A stretch of DNA of 64,000 nucleotides from Candidatus Uhrbacteria bacterium (GCA_016188355.1 JACPHY010000005.1:7389-71388), one strand, 5' to 3'; positions 20,022 to 31,344 are shown, numbered from the stretch's first letter. Notes: generated from the sequence alone by a model not told the origin. Program-made: numbers and translations.

Positions 20022-20321
20022 ATGGTCACATTGATAGGATCGATTCTGATCCTCACGATCGCACTGGATGCGATTGGGAGCATGCTCGGATTCAAGGGAT
20101 TCCATGTCACGCGTGGGGTCCTCGTGGGCGGCCTCCATCTGCTCCGCTCGGGATTGCAGTGGCTCATCCGCGGCACGGGCGCAGTGCTCCAGGAGCTCGG
20201 CGGACTCATCGCCGGCCCGGGCACTGGAACGCGCGGTGCCATCGGACGGCTCACCGCCGGATTCGGACGCGTACTCACCACCGCGGGGAGCGGAGGAGGC
20301 CGACGGAATGGGCATCGATAA
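20022..20321 (+). CDS. small membrane protein (99 aa), Gly-rich C-terminus
   Basis: Internal start MVTLIGSILILTIALDAIG. It overlaps the next gene by 14 nt. Confidence 0.4.
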   Translation: MVTLIGSILILTIALDAIGSMLGFKGFHVTRGVLVGGLHLLRSGLQWLIRGTGAVLQELGGLIAGPGTGTRGAIGRLTAGFGRVLTTAGSGGGRRNGHR

Positions 20322-20619
20322 CCGGCCGAGCGAACGCGTCTCGATCCTGGAGGCGATCAACGCAATCCTCGGATCGCTCGTCTTCCTCTTCTTCGTGTGG
20401 TGCGTCGTCATCGACGCGCTCGCATGGATGGGCGGCGAACGACGGCGGTTCCTCACGACGACACTTCTGTTCGGTTCACGTCGCGAGCGCGCCGCACTGT
20501 TCGGACGGCTCCTCGTCGGCTTCTCGATCGGCCTCGCGAAAGGCATCATCATGATGCCGGTGGAAGCGACGAAGGCGGCCATACGCCGCATCCGCAGCAA
20601 CCGCTCCGATGAGACGTAG
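20308..20619 (+). CDS. small membrane protein (103 aa)
   Basis: GGAGGAGG SD 8 nt before ATG; TM helix LGSLVFLFFVWCVVIDALAWM. Confidence 0.45.
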   Translation: MGIDNRPSERVSILEAINAILGSLVFLFFVWCVVIDALAWMGGERRRFLTTTLLFGSRRERAALFGRLLVGFSIGLAKGIIMMPVEATKAAIRRIRSNRSDET

Positions 20620-20737
20620 CGCGATCGCACACCCCCCCGACCACCCGGTCGGGGGAACTTCTTTGTTGGCATCCCTTGACATTCGCATGGCCCTATGATG
20701 TACTTGGGGCACCTCAGCGCAAAGGAGGATTTCTATC

Positions 20738-21028
20738 GTGACCTTTTCTCCTGAGTTTCTCGAGGGCCGAACGGCGCATTTGCGTCGAAAGCAGGAAAAC
20801 ACCACTCGACGGCTCGCCGGTGAACTACCGGAGCAACATCGCACCTACAAAATCGAACGACTCTTGCCGGCCGTAGCGGAAGCGCTCACGCGCATTTCGA
20901 TGGGAACCTACGGCATCTGCATCGAATGTGAGACACCCATTCCGGAAAAGCGACTCCTCAAAATCCCAGAGGCTACCCGCTGCGCGCCGTGTCAGACGGA
21001 GGTCGAACAGGATGCACGAACGCACTGA
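20738..21028 (+). CDS. DksA/TraR family C4 zinc-finger protein
   Basis: AAGGAGGA SD and a GTG start. The C4 finger is CIECETPIPEKRLLKIPEATRCAPCQ. Confidence 0.75.
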   Translation: MTFSPEFLEGRTAHLRRKQENTTRRLAGELPEQHRTYKIERLLPAVAEALTRISMGTYGICIECETPIPEKRLLKIPEATRCAPCQTEVEQDARTH

Positions 21029-21335
21029 GGCAGCACGACGACACGCAGATGCGATCTGGGAGGCGGGAATCCTGCGCGTCCATCGTTTTGTCGCAAGCGG
21101 GATGATCCCGCCGACCGATACATGCCCGGAAGCCGAGATCTGGTCCGCAACCGTGCGCGCAATCATCGCATATAGCAATGATCGCAATCTGCTCGCGCGC
21201 TGGGACCGCGCAAGCCTCGAACAACGCTACGCCATGTTCGAGGGCAGGAAACTGGGGTACGACCATTTCATCGCATGCTACAACGCGGAGGTATGGGCAA
21301 TGGTCGGTCAGGCGCTACAGTCCACCCGGCAATGA
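21012..21335 (+). CDS. hypothetical protein (107 aa)
   Basis: Its ATG overlaps the traR-like stop; no family recognised. Confidence 0.35.
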   Translation: MHERTEAARRHADAIWEAGILRVHRFVASGMIPPTDTCPEAEIWSATVRAIIAYSNDRNLLARWDRASLEQRYAMFEGRKLGYDHFIACYNAEVWAMVGQALQSTRQ

Positions 21336-21393
21336 ACAATGCACCACTCCCAAGCAGCCATCCAATCGTGCTCCCAATGACTCATGCGGGAAC

Positions 21394-22140
21394 TCAGCCA
21401 ACTCGGCTGGGTTCATTTTCGTGATGCGCAAAAACGAATAACCGCGATATGTGCAGCATCTCCTGTAGCTGTTCGGTCGAGGTCATCTCGGATTCCGGAA
21501 ATGCATGACGCGGCAGTCGCAAAATCACGAAACGCAATCGCTCGCGCGGCACGTTGCCACTGACCATACGCACATACGCACGATCGGCACCTCGATAATG
21601 CACATACGATCCATCGGGAACGGGCGCGACGCGCATGTCTGCTGGTGGAAGAAATCCCACAATGAACTGCTCCGCACCGGAATACACTTTTCCAAAACCA
21701 CGACCAAATGGAATGCGTAAACCTTCTGCGCCGGTCCCCAATAATGCCGCATTCGGATACGGATCTCCCCCGTGTGCGGATGGGTCAAAACGAATGCGCA
21801 GATCGAGACCGCGCTCCAATACGCGCGGCAACATCTGCAAATTCTCGCGCCGTACCACGAGTCCAGGATACTGACGCGCCTCAGCGAGAATGCGCTTGCT
21901 ATATTCCAGATCCAGATGCGCTCCCACGCGATCAAAAAACCGTACATGTGCAGCGAAATGCTCCCGCTTGCGATGTTCATCCGCATGCTCTGCCTGTACA
22001 TCCTGCTCAAACGCACGAATTTCCTCTTCAAACGATACCGGCTGCGCAACCGCACACCCCGGCACATGACCACGCTCGAGCGGCTGGTCACAGTACGCGC
22101 AGGACGGAATCTCCAAACGTGGTCGGAATGTTTCTAACAT
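21394..22140 (-). CDS. hypothetical protein with N-terminal CxxC...H...C zinc-binding motif
   Basis: 248 aa with CAYCDQPLERGHVPGCA near the N-terminus. It converges on the previous gene; family unknown. Confidence 0.4.
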   Translation of the reverse strand: MLETFRPRLEIPSCAYCDQPLERGHVPGCAVAQPVSFEEEIRAFEQDVQAEHADEHRKREHFAAHVRFFDRVGAHLDLEYSKRILAEARQYPGLVVRRENLQMLPRVLERGLDLRIRFDPSAHGGDPYPNAALLGTGAEGLRIPFGRGFGKVYSGAEQFIVGFLPPADMRVAPVPDGSYVHYRGADRAYVRMVSGNVPRERLRFVILRLPRHAFPESEMTSTEQLQEMLHISRLFVFAHHENEPSRVG

Positions 22141-22257
22141 ACGGGGTCACCGGAAGGTCACGCTCGCATCGTACCGCAATCGAAGACGTCGTCACTACCT
22201 CGCCCGCTGAACAATCGACGTGTACACTACATATCGTGGGAGCAGCAGCACCATCGT

Positions 22258-24552
22258 TTGCACATGCCTCGGAAGCACGCCCCCAAACCCCATCGCGGCA
22301 GTCGACCGGAAGATCGGCCCATGTTGAGTCCGGAAACGCGCCACAGTATTATCGTGGTCGCGCTGTTTGCTTGTGGCGCTGTGGGCGTCCTGGCGTTCGC
22401 GGGTGGCGCGGGACGAGCGGGTGTGGTCATCGCCGATGCGTTGCGTGCGCTGTTTGGGCTAGCCGCATACCTCGTGCCGCTCGTCCTCCTCATCCTCGCA
22501 TCCATGCTGGTCCGAGAAGACCGGCCACAATTCTCCGTACTCCAGATTATTGGACTCTCGCTGACCGCGGCCAGCATCACGGGGCTACTCCACTTGGAAC
22601 TCCATGCGAACGCCACTACGACCAGTGACCTCGCGCGCGGCGGCGGCTATCTCGGCGCTGCGCTCGCCATGCCGCTCGCGTCCCTTTTTGGCCCGGTCGC
22701 TACCGGCGTCCTCCTCATTTGCGGCGCACTCATCGGCTGTTTCTTGGGATTCCATCTCTCGTTTGATCATCTCCGCGCTGCCTACCGCACGATTGCCCAT
22801 GTGCTCCGCAGTGCGCACCTCGCGATCCTCGCATTTCGCTATCGCACTCCACGAACCACGCAAACGGACGCTCCCATGGCGGCGACCTTTACGGAACGGC
22901 CCGTGGATGTCGCGGAGCGAGCAGCGACCGAATCCGAGGAAGAGGAACCGGAGGCTGATGCGCCAGCATCCAGCCCCTCTGCCACTTCGGATACTGCCGC
23001 CGCGCCCGCCGCCGCATCCGCAGCGGACGCGCTCGCCGCGCCCGCGCGAAAACGCCCCCGACGACCACGCATCGAAATTCCCCTCACCCTCCTTTCGAAT
23101 GAAATTGGTAAGCCCATGAGCGGTGACGTCCGTGCGGGTCAAGAAATCATTCGGCGCACGCTCGAGCAATTCCGCATCAACGTGGAAATGGGTGACATCC
23201 GCGTGGGTCCCACGGTAACCCAGTACTCGCTTCGTCCCGCGGAAGGCGTAAAACTTTCTCGCATTACGGCGCTCCAAAATGATCTCGCGCTCGCGCTCGC
23301 CGCGCATCCGATTCGTATTGAAGCGCCGATCCCGGGAAAATCGCTCGTCGGCGTGGAGGTCCCGAACCAACGCGTTGCGGTAGTACGGCTCCGCGAAATC
23401 TTCGAATCCGAGGCATTCCAAAAACGTTCCTCCAACCTCACTGTGGCGCTCGGTAAGGATGTAGCAGGAGCGGTTTGGACGGCAGACATTACGCGCATGC
23501 CGCACTGCCTCGTCGCGGGATCCACCGGCAGCGGAAAATCCGTCATGCTGAATGCCATGATCATTTCGCTCCTCGTCCAGAATGGACCCGATGATCTCCG
23601 CCTCCTCCTCGTCGACCCGAAGCGCGTCGAATTCCCGGTGTACAACGGCATTCCCCATCTCCTCACGCCCGTCATCACGGATGTGAAGAAGACGGTGCAG
23701 GCGCTCAAGTGGGCGCTCGCGGAAATGGATCGCCGATTCGAACTGCTCGCGGGAGCTAAAAAACGCGACTTGGGTTCCTACAACGCCACACGGCGCGATG
23801 AAGCCGATCGCTTGCCCTACCTCGTTATCGTGATCGATGAACTCGCCGATCTCATGGCCGTGGCCGCCAATGAAGTAGAGGCATCCATCATTCGGCTAGC
23901 GCAAATGGCGCGCGCGGTGGGTATTCATCTCATCGTTGCCACACAGCGGCCATCGGTCGATGTCATCACGGGGCTCATCAAGGCAAACATTACCGCACGC
24001 ATCGCCTTTGCCGTGGCCTCCTCCATTGATTCCCGCACGATTCTCGATCAAGTGGGCGCAGAACGACTCCTCGGCCGCGGCGACATGCTCTTCACCTCGG
24101 CCGAACTCAGCAAACCCAAGCGACTCCAGGGCGCATTCGTCGCGGATCAGGAAATTCAACGCATCGTCGAACATCTCCGCGAGCACAGCATGCCAGTCGA
24201 TGGGGGCGACGCGCTCGACGAATCGCCCATCGTGGTCTTTACCGAACGCGGGAGTAGCGATGGTCTCGATGATGACGACGCCGACGATCTCCTCCCCGAG
24301 GCGAAGGAGGTGCTCCTCCAAGCCGGCAAGGGATCCGCCTCACTCCTCCAGCGGCGTCTCAAAGTAGGTTACGCTCGTGCTGCGCGCATCCTCGACATCC
24401 TCGAGCGCCAGGGATTCATCGGCCCCGCCGATGGCGCGAAACCGAGAGAGGTACTGGGAGGCGGTCCGCCGTCCACCGCCCACGGCCTCACCCCAGACCA
24501 GGAGGATGGGGAAATGGGGGAGGAAGAGGAAAATGATGATAGGATGAAATAA
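22258..24552 (+). CDS. ftsK: DNA translocase FtsK/SpoIIIE
   Basis: N-terminal TM segments, a Pro/Ala-rich linker, the C-terminal motor (GSTGSGKS Walker A...VIDELADLM...ATQRPSV) and a gamma domain. The true start may be at 22321 (MLSPETR). Confidence 0.9.
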   Translation: MHMPRKHAPKPHRGSRPEDRPMLSPETRHSIIVVALFACGAVGVLAFAGGAGRAGVVIADALRALFGLAAYLVPLVLLILASMLVREDRPQFSVLQIIGLSLTAASITGLLHLELHANATTTSDLARGGGYLGAALAMPLASLFGPVATGVLLICGALIGCFLGFHLSFDHLRAAYRTIAHVLRSAHLAILAFRYRTPRTTQTDAPMAATFTERPVDVAERAATESEEEEPEADAPASSPSATSDTAAAPAAASAADALAAPARKRPRRPRIEIPLTLLSNEIGKPMSGDVRAGQEIIRRTLEQFRINVEMGDIRVGPTVTQYSLRPAEGVKLSRITALQNDLALALAAHPIRIEAPIPGKSLVGVEVPNQRVAVVRLREIFESEAFQKRSSNLTVALGKDVAGAVWTADITRMPHCLVAGSTGSGKSVMLNAMIISLLVQNGPDDLRLLLVDPKRVEFPVYNGIPHLLTPVITDVKKTVQALKWALAEMDRRFELLAGAKKRDLGSYNATRRDEADRLPYLVIVIDELADLMAVAANEVEASIIRLAQMARAVGIHLIVATQRPSVDVITGLIKANITARIAFAVASSIDSRTILDQVGAERLLGRGDMLFTSAELSKPKRLQGAFVADQEIQRIVEHLREHSMPVDGGDALDESPIVVFTERGSSDGLDDDDADDLLPEAKEVLLQAGKGSASLLQRRLKVGYARAARILDILERQGFIGPADGAKPREVLGGGPPSTAHGLTPDQEDGEMGEEEENDDRMK

Positions 24553-24622
24553 TTCTCTTTTTGTGCTCCAACCCTCCCTCTTTCACGATTATCCGAGCCG
24601 CATTCGTCGCGTCCTCATCGCC

Positions 24623-24946
24623 ATGACGCTGCTCATGGTGCTGGGCGTGGTCGGGCATCGCATTTCTACCATCATCGCTCCGCCCCCACTCGTCATCCGC
24701 ACGCCAGAGGATAAAGCGTCGACGGCGAGTCGCATGGTGACCATTGTCGGCACCACCGCACCCGGCGCCCTGCTCACCGTGAATGGCGCCGCCATCACCC
24801 CGGACGGCTCTGGATCCTTCTCGACCGATGTGGTGCTCGTCCCCGGCGCCAACACCATCGACATCACCGCTCGCCGACGCCATAGCCGCTCCGCCAAAAT
24901 CCAGCGCCTCATCTACGTCCACGCCGCGAACGCGCCGCTCGCGTAG
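24623..24946 (+). CDS. small exported protein with Ig-like beta-sandwich motif
   Basis: Internal start [11 protein letters not shown] (signal/TM), then [37 protein letters not shown], typical of bacterial Ig-like domains. Confidence 0.4.
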   Translation: MTLLMVLGVVGHRISTIIAPPPLVIRTPEDKASTASRMVTIVGTTAPGALLTVNGAAITPDGSGSFSTDVVLVPGANTIDITARRRHSRSAKIQRLIYVHAANAPLA

Positions 24947-25040
24947 GACGCAACCCCCTCTCCGCCACGGGCGACTCCACAGCGCCCGTGGCTTTGGTAT
25001 GGTGGCACCATTCGAACCCTTTGCGTTCTTGTCTTCCGTT

Positions 25041-26129
25041 ATGCCAAAAGCCAATCCACAGGATGCGCGCTCGTCTGCTGCGTGGGATGCGGTCGCACAA
25101 ATTAAGGAGCGGTTCGGCGATGGCGCCATCATGCGCCTCGGAGAGGCAAAAAAGATGGAGGTGGAATCGCTTTCCACGCAATGCCTCTCCCTCGACCTCG
25201 CGCTCGGCATTGGCGGAGTCCCCCGCGGTCGCATCATCGAAATCTACGGACCGGAATCCTCCGGAAAAACGACCCTCGCGCTCCATGTGGCTGCGGAGGC
25301 GCAGCGTCAAGGCGGCATTGTTGCCTTCGTGGACGCAGAGCATGCACTCGATCCCGAATACGCCGCAAAACTCGGCGTCAAGATCGACGAACTCCTCATC
25401 TCGCAGCCGGATTCCGGCGAGCAGGCGCTCGATATCGTCGAAACGCTCGTGCGCTCTGCGGGCATCGATGTCATCATCATCGACTCCGTTGCTGCGCTGG
25501 TTCCCAAGGCAGAAATCGAAGGAGAAATGGGCGATCAGCACATGGGCCTCCAAGCGCGCCTCATGAGCCAGGCGCTCCGCAAACTCACGGCCCTCATTTC
25601 GAAAACGCGCACCTGCTGCATCTTCCTCAACCAAACCCGCATGAAGATCGGTATCATGTTCGGGAATCCCGAAACGACGACCGGCGGCAATGCGCTCAAA
25701 TTCTATTCCTCCATTCGCATTGAGGTGCGCCGCGCGGCACAGATCAAGCTTGGCGAAAAAGTGATCGGCAACATCGTCAAAGCGCAGATCAAAAAGAATA
25801 AGGTCGCTCCCCCCTTCCGTGCATGTGAATTCGAAATCATGTACAACGAGGGCATTTCCGTTGCAGGTGATCTCATTGAGCTCGGGGTCGCAGAGCAAGT
25901 CTTGGAAAAACGCGGCAACTCCTACGCATTTGGGGAGATAAAACTTGGCATGGGGCGCGAACAGGCACGCGCATTCCTCCGCGAGCAACCAAAGCTCATG
26001 CAGGAACTCCGCGCAGCGATTACGAAGTCCATTGAAGCTCGAGAGCGGGCCGAGCGTCCCGCCGTACGTGCGGCCGTGCCCGCGGCCCCCACAGAGGAAC
26101 TCGACCCCGCCCTCGCAGAGGTCGCATGA
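25041..26129 (+). CDS. recA: recombinase RecA
   Basis: [17 protein letters not shown]...[13 protein letters not shown]...[11 protein letters not shown]. Start chosen at MPKANPQ (363 aa); the upstream in-frame ATG at 24999 is less likely. Confidence 0.95.
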   Translation: MPKANPQDARSSAAWDAVAQIKERFGDGAIMRLGEAKKMEVESLSTQCLSLDLALGIGGVPRGRIIEIYGPESSGKTTLALHVAAEAQRQGGIVAFVDAEHALDPEYAAKLGVKIDELLISQPDSGEQALDIVETLVRSAGIDVIIIDSVAALVPKAEIEGEMGDQHMGLQARLMSQALRKLTALISKTRTCCIFLNQTRMKIGIMFGNPETTTGGNALKFYSSIRIEVRRAAQIKLGEKVIGNIVKAQIKKNKVAPPFRACEFEIMYNEGISVAGDLIELGVAEQVLEKRGNSYAFGEIKLGMGREQARAFLREQPKLMQELRAAITKSIEARERAERPAVRAAVPAAPTEELDPALAEVA

Positions 26130-26704
26130 GCGTGGCGCACGCCCCCTCCGATGCAGCACTCATTGAAGCACACCGCCGAGGCGATGCGGGCGCATTTCGC
26201 GTGCTCGTCGACCGCCACATGACCGCAACGTATCGCTGCGCGTACGCGGTGGTCCACGATACCGCGGCAGCCGAAGACGTGACGCAGGAGACGTTCGTGA
26301 AGGCATGGCGCCATTGCGCCGCATTCGACACACGACGCCCGTTCCGCGCGTGGCTCCTCCAGATTGCCCGGAATACCGCAATCGATTGGATACGCACCCA
26401 TCGAGAAATCCCACTTGCCGCATTTCCCGAATCCACCCATCTCCTGGATGCATCCATCCATTCCCGCGATACTCCTGCGCCACTCACCATCCTGGAACAA
26501 CGGGAAGCGGCGCAAGAGGTACGCAACATCGTGCACCGACTCACCGCCGGCGTACGCCGCATCCTAGAACTCCACTATCGCCACGGACACACGTTCCGAG
26601 AAATCGCCACGGCGCTCCGCAAACCACTTCACACCGTCAAAAGTCAGCACCGCCGCGCAATCGCACAACTGAGAACAAAAATGACGAATCCATCGACCAC
26701 ATGA
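26126..26704 (+). CDS. ECF (sigma-70 family) RNA polymerase sigma factor
   Basis: Sigma region 2 ([18 protein letters not shown]) and region 4 ([26 protein letters not shown]). Its ATG overlaps the recA TGA (ATGA). Confidence 0.85.
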   Translation: MSVAHAPSDAALIEAHRRGDAGAFRVLVDRHMTATYRCAYAVVHDTAAAEDVTQETFVKAWRHCAAFDTRRPFRAWLLQIARNTAIDWIRTHREIPLAAFPESTHLLDASIHSRDTPAPLTILEQREAAQEVRNIVHRLTAGVRRILELHYRHGHTFREIATALRKPLHTVKSQHRRAIAQLRTKMTNPSTT

Positions 26705-26752
26705 ACCACCGGCATGCACCAATGCATGCCGGTGGTTCGTAGAAGGAGTGAT

Positions 26753-27145
26753 ATGCCGATGCGCCAGGATCCCCCGCCGCGACCGCGCCCCCAGCTTCGC
26801 TTGGCGATTCATACGCGCCTTGCCGCAGAGGAACGGCGAGCGACGCGGAGACAACTCGCCTGGTCGATCACCCTCGCCAGCGCTGCGGCAATAACCTGTG
26901 TTCCGCTCGTGCGCAACCTGCATCAGGAATCCATCCGATCAGGATTTGCCCCGCTCCTCATCCTCCTCATCTCCGACCCCGATATCATCCTGGCGTACGG
27001 ACACGATGTCGCGCTCGCCGCCGCAGAACTCCTGCCGAGCGTACCATTCGCACTCACCCTGGCCATGGCAACCATCTCAAGCATGTGCATCCACCGCACG
27101 CTGCATGCCTGGATCCGCCTGCGCCATCGATATGGAATTTCGTAA
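26753..27145 (+). CDS. putative anti-sigma factor / membrane protein
   Basis: AAGGAG SD. A basic N-terminus is followed by TM helices; the position immediately after the ECF sigma supports an anti-sigma role. Confidence 0.45.
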   Translation: MPMRQDPPPRPRPQLRLAIHTRLAAEERRATRRQLAWSITLASAAAITCVPLVRNLHQESIRSGFAPLLILLISDPDIILAYGHDVALAAAELLPSVPFALTLAMATISSMCIHRTLHAWIRLRHRYGIS

Positions 27146-27620
27146 CCCCCTCTCCTCCCCACTCTTCCGTGGGATCGGATACGGCCTCGGCGCCGCAGCG
27201 CTCGCCGCGCTCCTCTTCGCATTCGGCGTCCACGTCGGATACCGGAAGGCCGCGTTCGCGTCCCGATGGACAGAACGCTACGAGCGAAACTTCATGGGAC
27301 CACACCCAAAGACGCTGCGGGGCCGATTTCCTCCCTCCGCTATGGGGAGTGCGCATGGCACCTTTGGACGTATTACCACTATCGCACTGCCCGAATTGAC
27401 GATCAGTAGCGATCGACTCGAACAACTCGTGGTCACTGATGCACGCACGACGGTGCGCCAATTCCAACACACCCGCACTCCCGCGGATCTCCGGGTGGAC
27501 GACGCCGTTGCGGTCATTGGCGCACCCGACGCCGATGGACGCATCCATGCAAAATTCATCCGCATACTCCCCGCGTGGCCGACCATCGCTCCGGATGGTC
27601 GATATTCTCCCTCCCCATGA
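27132..27620 (+). CDS. membrane protein (162 aa)
   Basis: Internal start MEFRNPL; TM helix GIGYGLGAAALAALLFAFGV; coupled to flanking genes. Confidence 0.4.
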   Translation: MEFRNPLSSPLFRGIGYGLGAAALAALLFAFGVHVGYRKAAFASRWTERYERNFMGPHPKTLRGRFPPSAMGSAHGTFGRITTIALPELTISSDRLEQLVVTDARTTVRQFQHTRTPADLRVDDAVAVIGAPDADGRIHAKFIRILPAWPTIAPDGRYSPSP

Positions 27621-29404
27621 ACCCCAGCACTCGACGCCATCTCCGCCGCAGTATCACGATCCTTATCATCTGCGCGATAGGCGCAGGGGGCGCATTCGCT
27701 TGGTACCGCACCACCCATCAATCGCCGCAGCCCGTGCGGTACGTGCTCACACCCGTGCACCGCGGCACCATCACCGTTGCCGTGCGCGGGAGCGGCCAAG
27801 TGGCTCCCGTACAACAGCTCGACGTACGACCGAAACTCGCCAGCACCGTCCGCGCACTCCTTATGCGGGAAGGGCAACTCGTGCGCGCGGGACAGCCCCT
27901 CCTCACCCTGGATACTCGCGATCTCACCAAAACCATTCGTGATGCGGAAACCAATCTCGAGAGCGCACGCCTCGCCCTCGAAAAAATCAAACGACCACCT
28001 GATGCAGTCACGCTCCTCGATGCGGAACATGCGCGCGATGAGGCGCAGGAAGCGGAGACGCGCACCGCGTCCGATCTCCAAAAAGCATACGTGGATGCAT
28101 TCACGGCCATCGCCAATGCGTTCCTCGACCTTCCCGCGATCATGACTGGACTCCAGGACACGCTCTACAGCAATGCCGCCGGGTCGCCGCAATGGCACCT
28201 CGATGCGTACACCGATGCCATGTCGCCCTACGAACCACGCGCAATCCAATATCGGAACGATGTCGATACGAAATATCAAGCCGCACGACGCGCATATGAG
28301 GCAGCATTTGCGGAATACAAAACCACCGAACCATCGGCAAGCACCGCGGCCATCGCCAAGCTCCTCACGAATACCACGACCACCGTCACCGCAATCACCG
28401 ATGCCATCAAATCGGCGAACAACCTCATCCAACTCTCCCAAGATCGCCGCACCGAACGACACCTCACACCGATCGCCACATCGAGCGCCCATCTCGCTGC
28501 ACTGAACAGCTCCACCGGGAAGCTCTACACCCACTCCACCAATCTTCGTGCGGCCGCCACGGCTATTACGAACGCGCAGCGCGCGATCGTGACCGCACAG
28601 CGCACCACTGCATCACGCGCGGCAACACTCGCAAAGCTCCACGCCGGCCCAGATGCGCTCGATATCCGTACTCAGGAACTCGTCATCCGCCAGCGCGAGC
28701 AGGTGCTCCGCGATGCGCGCGATGCGCTTGCTGATGCATCGGTACTGGCGCCCATGGACGGCATGATCGTCGAGATCCCCGTGCGTATTTCCGATACCGT
28801 AAATTCCGCAACGACCATCGCGACCATGATCGCGGTGCAGCGCATTGCCACCATTACCGTGAACGAAGTCGATGTCGCCAAACTCCGCGTCGATCAACCC
28901 GCGACGCTCACGTTCGATGCCATTACCGATCTCACCATCAGCGGACGCGTCGCGCGCATCGATACGCTCGGCACCACCACCCAAGGCGTCGTCGGCTACG
29001 GCGTGGACCTGGCACTGGACACCACCGACGAGCGTGTACGTCCGGGCATGAGCGTGAGTGCCGCGATTATCACCGACGCACACACCGACATCCTCCAGCT
29101 CCCGAATGCCGCGATACAGGTCCAGGGCGATCGCGCCACCGTATCCATCCTCGAGGACATGCGCCGAGGCACGCCAAATCCCGCCGGGGTACCCGCTCGC
29201 GCTGCACCACAACGCATTCCGGTGACCATCGGTCTCACCAATGACGACATGACGGAAATTCAGGACGGTCTCCAGGAAGGCGATCTCGTCGTCACGCAAA
29301 CGATCGACCCGAACACCACACGTACAACGAATCGCACCGCGACTCCGGCAAACAATGGCCTTCGCCTCTTCGGCGCTCCTACCGGTGGCGCCCGTATCCG
29401 ATAA
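27617..29404 (+). CDS. HlyD-family periplasmic adaptor (membrane fusion protein)
   Basis: An N-terminal TM is followed by a long coiled-coil hairpin, then lipoyl and beta-barrel regions (VLAPMDGMIVEIPV). Confidence 0.8.
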   Translation: MNPSTRRHLRRSITILIICAIGAGGAFAWYRTTHQSPQPVRYVLTPVHRGTITVAVRGSGQVAPVQQLDVRPKLASTVRALLMREGQLVRAGQPLLTLDTRDLTKTIRDAETNLESARLALEKIKRPPDAVTLLDAEHARDEAQEAETRTASDLQKAYVDAFTAIANAFLDLPAIMTGLQDTLYSNAAGSPQWHLDAYTDAMSPYEPRAIQYRNDVDTKYQAARRAYEAAFAEYKTTEPSASTAAIAKLLTNTTTTVTAITDAIKSANNLIQLSQDRRTERHLTPIATSSAHLAALNSSTGKLYTHSTNLRAAATAITNAQRAIVTAQRTTASRAATLAKLHAGPDALDIRTQELVIRQREQVLRDARDALADASVLAPMDGMIVEIPVRISDTVNSATTIATMIAVQRIATITVNEVDVAKLRVDQPATLTFDAITDLTISGRVARIDTLGTTTQGVVGYGVDLALDTTDERVRPGMSVSAAIITDAHTDILQLPNAAIQVQGDRATVSILEDMRRGTPNPAGVPARAAPQRIPVTIGLTNDDMTEIQDGLQEGDLVVTQTIDPNTTRTTNRTATPANNGLRLFGAPTGGARIR

Positions 29405-29408
29405 TTGC

Positions 29409-30134
29409 ATGATCGAACTGCGCGAGATTGAAAAACGATACCCTACGGGTGATACCGAGACCGTAGTGCTCCGCGATGTCTCCTTCCGAATTGATGCAGG
29501 AGAATTCGTCGCCATCATGGGACCATCCGGGTCAGGAAAATCGACGCTCATGCATATCCTGGGACTCCTCGACGCTCCCTCGCATGGCACCTATCTCCTC
29601 GAAGGAACCGATGTTGCCGCACTCCCTGAGGACGAACGCGCCGCGATCCGAAGTCGCCGCATTGGATTCGTCTTCCAGGCATTCAACCTCCTCCCCCGCG
29701 CCACCGTTTTCCGAAACGTGGCACTTCCCCTCGTGTACGCGGGCATGGCGCGACGCGTTCGGCGCGCGCACATCGAACGCGCGCTCACCGCCGCAGGATT
29801 ACCCGCCGATCGCTGGCAGCACCGATCGAATCAACTCTCCGGTGGACAGATGCAACGCGTCGCCATTGCGCGTGCGCTCGTGAATGACCCCGCACTGCTC
29901 CTTGCGGACGAACCCACGGGCAACCTCGATACCGCTACGGGCGAGGTGGTACTCGAAACGTTCCAACGACTCCACCAGGAAGCACACCGCACCATCGTGC
30001 TCATTACGCACGAGCAGTACGTTGCGGAACACGCACAACGAATCCTCCACATTCGCGATGGAGCGATTCGCGAAGACATCCGTAATCACGCGCCGCGTAT
30101 CGCGCGTATCACCTCCCCCCATGCGCATCCTTGA
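29409..30134 (+). CDS. ABC transporter ATP-binding protein (MacB/LolD-type)
   Basis: [35 protein letters not shown]. Confidence 0.9.
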   Translation: MIELREIEKRYPTGDTETVVLRDVSFRIDAGEFVAIMGPSGSGKSTLMHILGLLDAPSHGTYLLEGTDVAALPEDERAAIRSRRIGFVFQAFNLLPRATVFRNVALPLVYAGMARRVRRAHIERALTAAGLPADRWQHRSNQLSGGQMQRVAIARALVNDPALLLADEPTGNLDTATGEVVLETFQRLHQEAHRTIVLITHEQYVAEHAQRILHIRDGAIREDIRNHAPRIARITSPHAHP

Positions 30135-31344
30135 TCTCCTCGACGAAGTTCGTTTCGCCGTCACTGCGAACAAAGCACGATCCGGGCTCACCATCCTCGG
30201 CATCGTCATTGGCATTGGCTCCGTCATTGCGCTCGTCGCAGTGGGCGCGGGAGCACAGCGATCCATTGAGGCGAACATTCAATCCATTGGATCAAACCTC
30301 CTCCTCGTACTTCCGGGAGCGCAGCGTCGCGGCGGGTTCAGTGTGAGTACCGGTCGCGGCTCCGCTACCACGCTTACGAGCGCCGATGCCGACGCCATTG
30401 CCCTGACGATCGGTGCCGCACACACCGTCGCACCCGACGCGAGTCGCCGCTATCAAGTCACTGCGCGGGGCACCAACACCAACACCCAAATCGTGGGCAC
30501 CGTTCCCGCATACGCGCGTACCCGAAATATCATCATCCAAGACGGCGCCTTTCTCACCGATGCCCACATCCGCAGTGTCGGACATGTCGCCGTCATCGGA
30601 CCCACGACGCGCGACGACCTCTTTGGGCCCGATGCTCCAGCCCTCGGCCAGCGTATTCGGGTGAACCGAATCGAATTCACGGTAATCGGCGTCACGCAAC
30701 CCAAGGGCGGCACCGGATTCACCAACCAGGATGACGTCATCTACATTCCCCTCCCGACCGCGCAACGATTCCTATCCGGGGATTCCGCCATCTCCACCAT
30801 CAGCATCGCCGCCGCGGATCCCGCATCGATGCCAATGCTCCAGGAAACGGTCACCACGCTCCTCCTCGATCGTCACCACATTCGCGATCCGCAACTCGCC
30901 GATTTCAGCGTCCTCAATCAGGCCGATCTCGTGGCGACCGCCGCCGCCGCAACCTCCACGCTCACCCTCCTCCTGGGTGCAATTGCCGGCATCTCGCTCA
31001 TCGTGGGCGGCATCGGCATTATGAACATGATGCTCACCACCGTTACCGAGCGCACGCGGGAAATTGGTCTTCGGAAGGCGATCGGTGCAACCCGACGCGA
31101 CATCCGCACGCAGTTCCTCCTCGAAGCGATGACGCTCACCATCATCGGCGGCGGCATTGGCATTGCAAGCGGCTGGGGCGCCGCGTCGGCCATCAGCGCA
31201 TTCTCCGGCATCACCACCGCAGTGTCCGGGCAATCCATCGCACTCGCCTTTGGTGTCGCCGCAGCCATCGGCATCTGCTTCGGCTACTACCCCGCATGGC
31301 GTGCCGCACGACTCCATCCCATTGAAGCACTTCGCTACGAGTAA
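30121..31344 (+). CDS. ABC transporter permease, FtsX/MacB family
   Basis: N-terminal TM, a periplasmic domain and a C-terminal FtsX 3-TM bundle (GIGIMNMMLTTVTERTREIGLRKAIGA). Confidence 0.85.
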   Translation: MRILDLLDEVRFAVTANKARSGLTILGIVIGIGSVIALVAVGAGAQRSIEANIQSIGSNLLLVLPGAQRRGGFSVSTGRGSATTLTSADADAIALTIGAAHTVAPDASRRYQVTARGTNTNTQIVGTVPAYARTRNIIIQDGAFLTDAHIRSVGHVAVIGPTTRDDLFGPDAPALGQRIRVNRIEFTVIGVTQPKGGTGFTNQDDVIYIPLPTAQRFLSGDSAISTISIAAADPASMPMLQETVTTLLLDRHHIRDPQLADFSVLNQADLVATAAAATSTLTLLLGAIAGISLIVGGIGIMNMMLTTVTERTREIGLRKAIGATRRDIRTQFLLEAMTLTIIGGGIGIASGWGAASAISAFSGITTAVSGQSIALAFGVAAAIGICFGYYPAWRAARLHPIEALRYE

